64,000 nucleotides of DNA, taken from contig NW_003314328.1 of assembly GCF_000143415.4 (NCBI RefSeq), forward strand, positions 585,889 to 649,888, given 5' to 3'. This stretch comes from Selaginella moellendorffii (Eukaryota > Plantae > Lycopodiophyta). Below the pieces are notes generated by a model. The model worked only from the letters and a program-made list of their open reading frames with translations. It was not told the origin of the DNA and did not search any database. Position numbers and translations under genes: made by a program. Below are positions 61,546 through 64,000 of this stretch, one piece after another (position 1 is the stretch's first letter; every line of letters starts with the position of its first letter).

Positions 61546-62173
61546 CATCAAATCTCTGGATTAATTTTTAAGCAACGAACTTACAATACAATGAGAACTG
61601 GTGCCTTCGCCATTGAAGTTCGTTCCAATCTATATGAACTCGGATAATCTGACGTGATTGGGGTTCTGCAAAACGTATGATAGTAGGCCGGTGCTGTCGC
61701 CGTCAGGGCACTTACGATTCAAATATGTTGATAGCACAATGATTCTCGTCAAGGGTATCTTTACATACAGGGATTGTGACTTCTTTCTCTTTCCAGGTTT
61801 TCAGAGCTATATGTTTGCTTCGAGTTTTATATGTTCCTAGGCTAGTGTACCTTATCTGAGCTGTGAAACAATCGGCTACGGTCAAAGAGAATAACGAGGA
61901 TTTCTGTTTTCCTTCTGCTTCTTGAGATTTCTTGCATGATTCTTTTGTTATTTGTAAAGATAGAGAAATCTCCCCGTTCATAAAACCGCTGTCTCGCATA
62001 AGAAACCGAGACGTAAGAGAGAAAAGTTTCAGAAGTTAGCTTGTTCTACCTAGCTGGTTTCTTCTCGTCGTCAAATGGCGGAGAACAGGTGATTTTCTTA
62101 CATGTGTTTTTAATGAATACAAGTTCACTGTTGCAACAGGTTTGTCAAGCGATGTAAGAAATATTTGCTTGTA

Positions 62174-62590
62174 GGTGTAATGGATGATCTGGCCACTGTC
62201 GTTGATTCAAAGCATGCCATTACGTTTGCCCACGAAGGGCACAGCGTTTGGCAAGTTGGACATGTCTTTACCTTCAGACACCCATTCAAGCAAACCGTGC
62301 AGGAGGTGCCAGTCATTCTCGAAGTGGAAGCATTGTTTCGGAACTCGGATCTCATCCTCTTGAGACGGATGTATGGTGAGTTCCATAAGTATCCAGTGTT
62401 GGAAATACCGCAGCAAGGCATGGAGTATTTCCTCCTTGGCTGCCGGCATGGACTTGTTGCAGTGAGACACGGCGTTGTGAGTGAAGATTCGGAGGAAGCG
62501 TCCTCCATTCGAACAAATGGCTTCTTAATGGTGGATCTGTCAAGGGTGAAAGTGGTGGTGGACTCTTCGAAGCCGACAGTGGAGCTTTGA
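62174..62590 (+). CDS. Terminal exon of an unknown protein, possibly a pseudogene
   Basis: About 139 open codons after a ttgtag acceptor; protein-like composition; upstream exons unclear; no family recognised. Confidence 0.35.
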   Translation, partial: GVMDDLATVVDSKHAITFAHEGHSVWQVGHVFTFRHPFKQTVQEVPVILEVEALFRNSDLILLRRMYGEFHKYPVLEIPQQGMEYFLLGCRHGLVAVRHGVVSEDSEEASSIRTNGFLMVDLSRVKVVVDSSKPTVEL

Positions 62591-63316
62591 TTGGCATGAA
62601 CATCGGGGTTAACCATGAAGAGGAGTGTTGTGTTTTTGTCTCATCTTCTCTTCTCATGGAAATACTAGGCTAGGCTAGGCTCTGTTTTGTTTCCTTACAA
62701 TATATCCATCTAAGCGCGCAGCAGCGTTCATTCCATCAGCGAACGGTGCTCCATTTGCGAGATGTTTTCGCGACGAGCGAGGATGTAGCTAGATGCTATG
62801 GTGAGCTCGAGCCAGGGTAGAACGTCGAGATTCGAGAAGGCGGGATTGTCTGTTTGGAAGTCGAGCTGTTGAACCATTCGAGCAGTCGAGAGACGACCAG
62901 CTCCGCGTATGTCAGCTTTTTTACGTCGAAATCTTTCTCCCACAGAAGCCGCAGTCACGCTGGTTTAGCAGACAAGACAAGGTATGTGCCTGATTGATCT
63001 GCTAGGACGATCTAACCATCTAGCTTGTGCAGTGGAGACTATGACGCCGGGAAAATTTCTTGAGATGACAAGATGGATGTGTGGCTAGAGATTCGCTATG
63101 CTTTGATGTGTTCTCTCCGCGTTGGCAAGAACTTGCGAGTTTATGACACACCAGTTACTTGCGCTAGCAACATGATCCTGTAAAAGAGCTGTAGCCAAGC
63201 TAGAAATGCACGCGGCAGCATCAGGCAGGAACTCGGCTGGTCGAGATTCGGTTCCGTCTCCCAGAACTAAGGAGTGATATTTCACGGCGGTCGCTCTAGG
63301 GTTTGGGTTTGCGTGA

Positions 63317-64000
63317 ATGGAGGGCAATATTCTAAGCGATGTCTTCCAGCACCTCGAGGTGAGCAGCTCCATCTGTGGGGTGTAAGTTGCCAAATTTGGA
63401 TTTTTTGCAGCAGCATCGCTCTGCGGATGCGGATGAGCGAAAGTGCCGCGAGTACCAGCAGCTTCTTGTCAAGGTAAGCAGGATCGATTTCTGGAAGAGT
63501 AAATTCTCCATCGATTTGCGTTGCTGATACGCAAGAGAGCTGTGACAGGGCGAGAGTTTAATGCTGTTTTGTTTGTTTCCGCAGCAACGCACTGAGGTTC
63601 AACACCTTCTCGAGCAACAGCAGCAACTCAACGAGCAGCAGCAGCGGCTCAACAAGCAACTCCAGCAGCTGCTCCGGCTGCCGCCAGAGCCAAAGCCAGA
63701 GCCAGAGCCTACTGTGGTCTTTCCAAAGGTATCACCTTTAGCTCCTGTTCCTGCTTTCTTTCCTCTTAGATCATCAAGCTTTCTTCTTTTTCTTCTCAGG
63801 AAGAACCTGTGCTGCGAGTTGTGAATGGCTGGTACACTGGCTGGGACATAATTTCCAAAGCGCGGGAGGATGCGGCAATCGTCGGGATCGACCAGTTTGG
63901 CCACCGTGCAGTACACTTGCCCGATCATGCGTGCGTCGTGGTGGCTAGAGACGGCCTCGAAGTCTTCCAGCGGCTTGATCTTCGCTTCCCGAAAGCCATA
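63317..64000 (+). CDS. 5' part of an unknown gene with a Gln-rich coiled coil and PEP linker, continuing beyond the window
   Basis: Exons 63317-63358, 63411-63473, 63585-63728 and 63800 onward join through phase-0 GT-AG introns: MEGNILSDVFQHLE|QHRSADAD..LLVK|QRTEVQHLLEQQQQ..VFPK|EEPVLRVVNGWY.. Confidence 0.6.

Overview
Eukaryotic nuclear DNA from a land plant. The very short introns (about 50-70 nt), tightly packed GC-rich genes and gene families point to a lycophyte such as Selaginella; this is an inference. About two thirds of the window is nested, decayed repeats: several Ty3/Gypsy families, a TRIM and Helitron remnants with apparently captured gene pieces, plus one 232-N gap. Apparently intact genes are an SFT2/Got1 vesicle-transport gene and a class IV PLP aminotransferase-like gene (head-to-head, ATGs 41 bp apart), a CYP71-clan P450, an AT-rich secreted bulb-type lectin, and an unknown coiled-coil gene running off the right end. 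A LIN/CERBERUS-like gene is present but shows no U-box or WD40 region. Pseudogenes or fragments include a kelch protein, CYP88/KAO, a type I MADS box, MSL2/3, an amidohydrolase, a Crinkler-like nuclease and a second aminotransferase copy. The most unusual signals are: (1) a bacterial/viral Hc1-type histone-like motif in the putative Helitron cargo; (2) a -1 ribosomal frameshift site with an H-type pseudoknot between gag and pol of a Gypsy element with a tRNA-Ala primer site and a 4-bp TSD; (3) an insertion bounded by two inverted LTR ends with a TSD; (4) repeated LTR truncation at a poly-G/C tract; (5) a lectin ORF kept intact despite near-total CpG loss. All homology calls are from visual motif recognition, not database searches.
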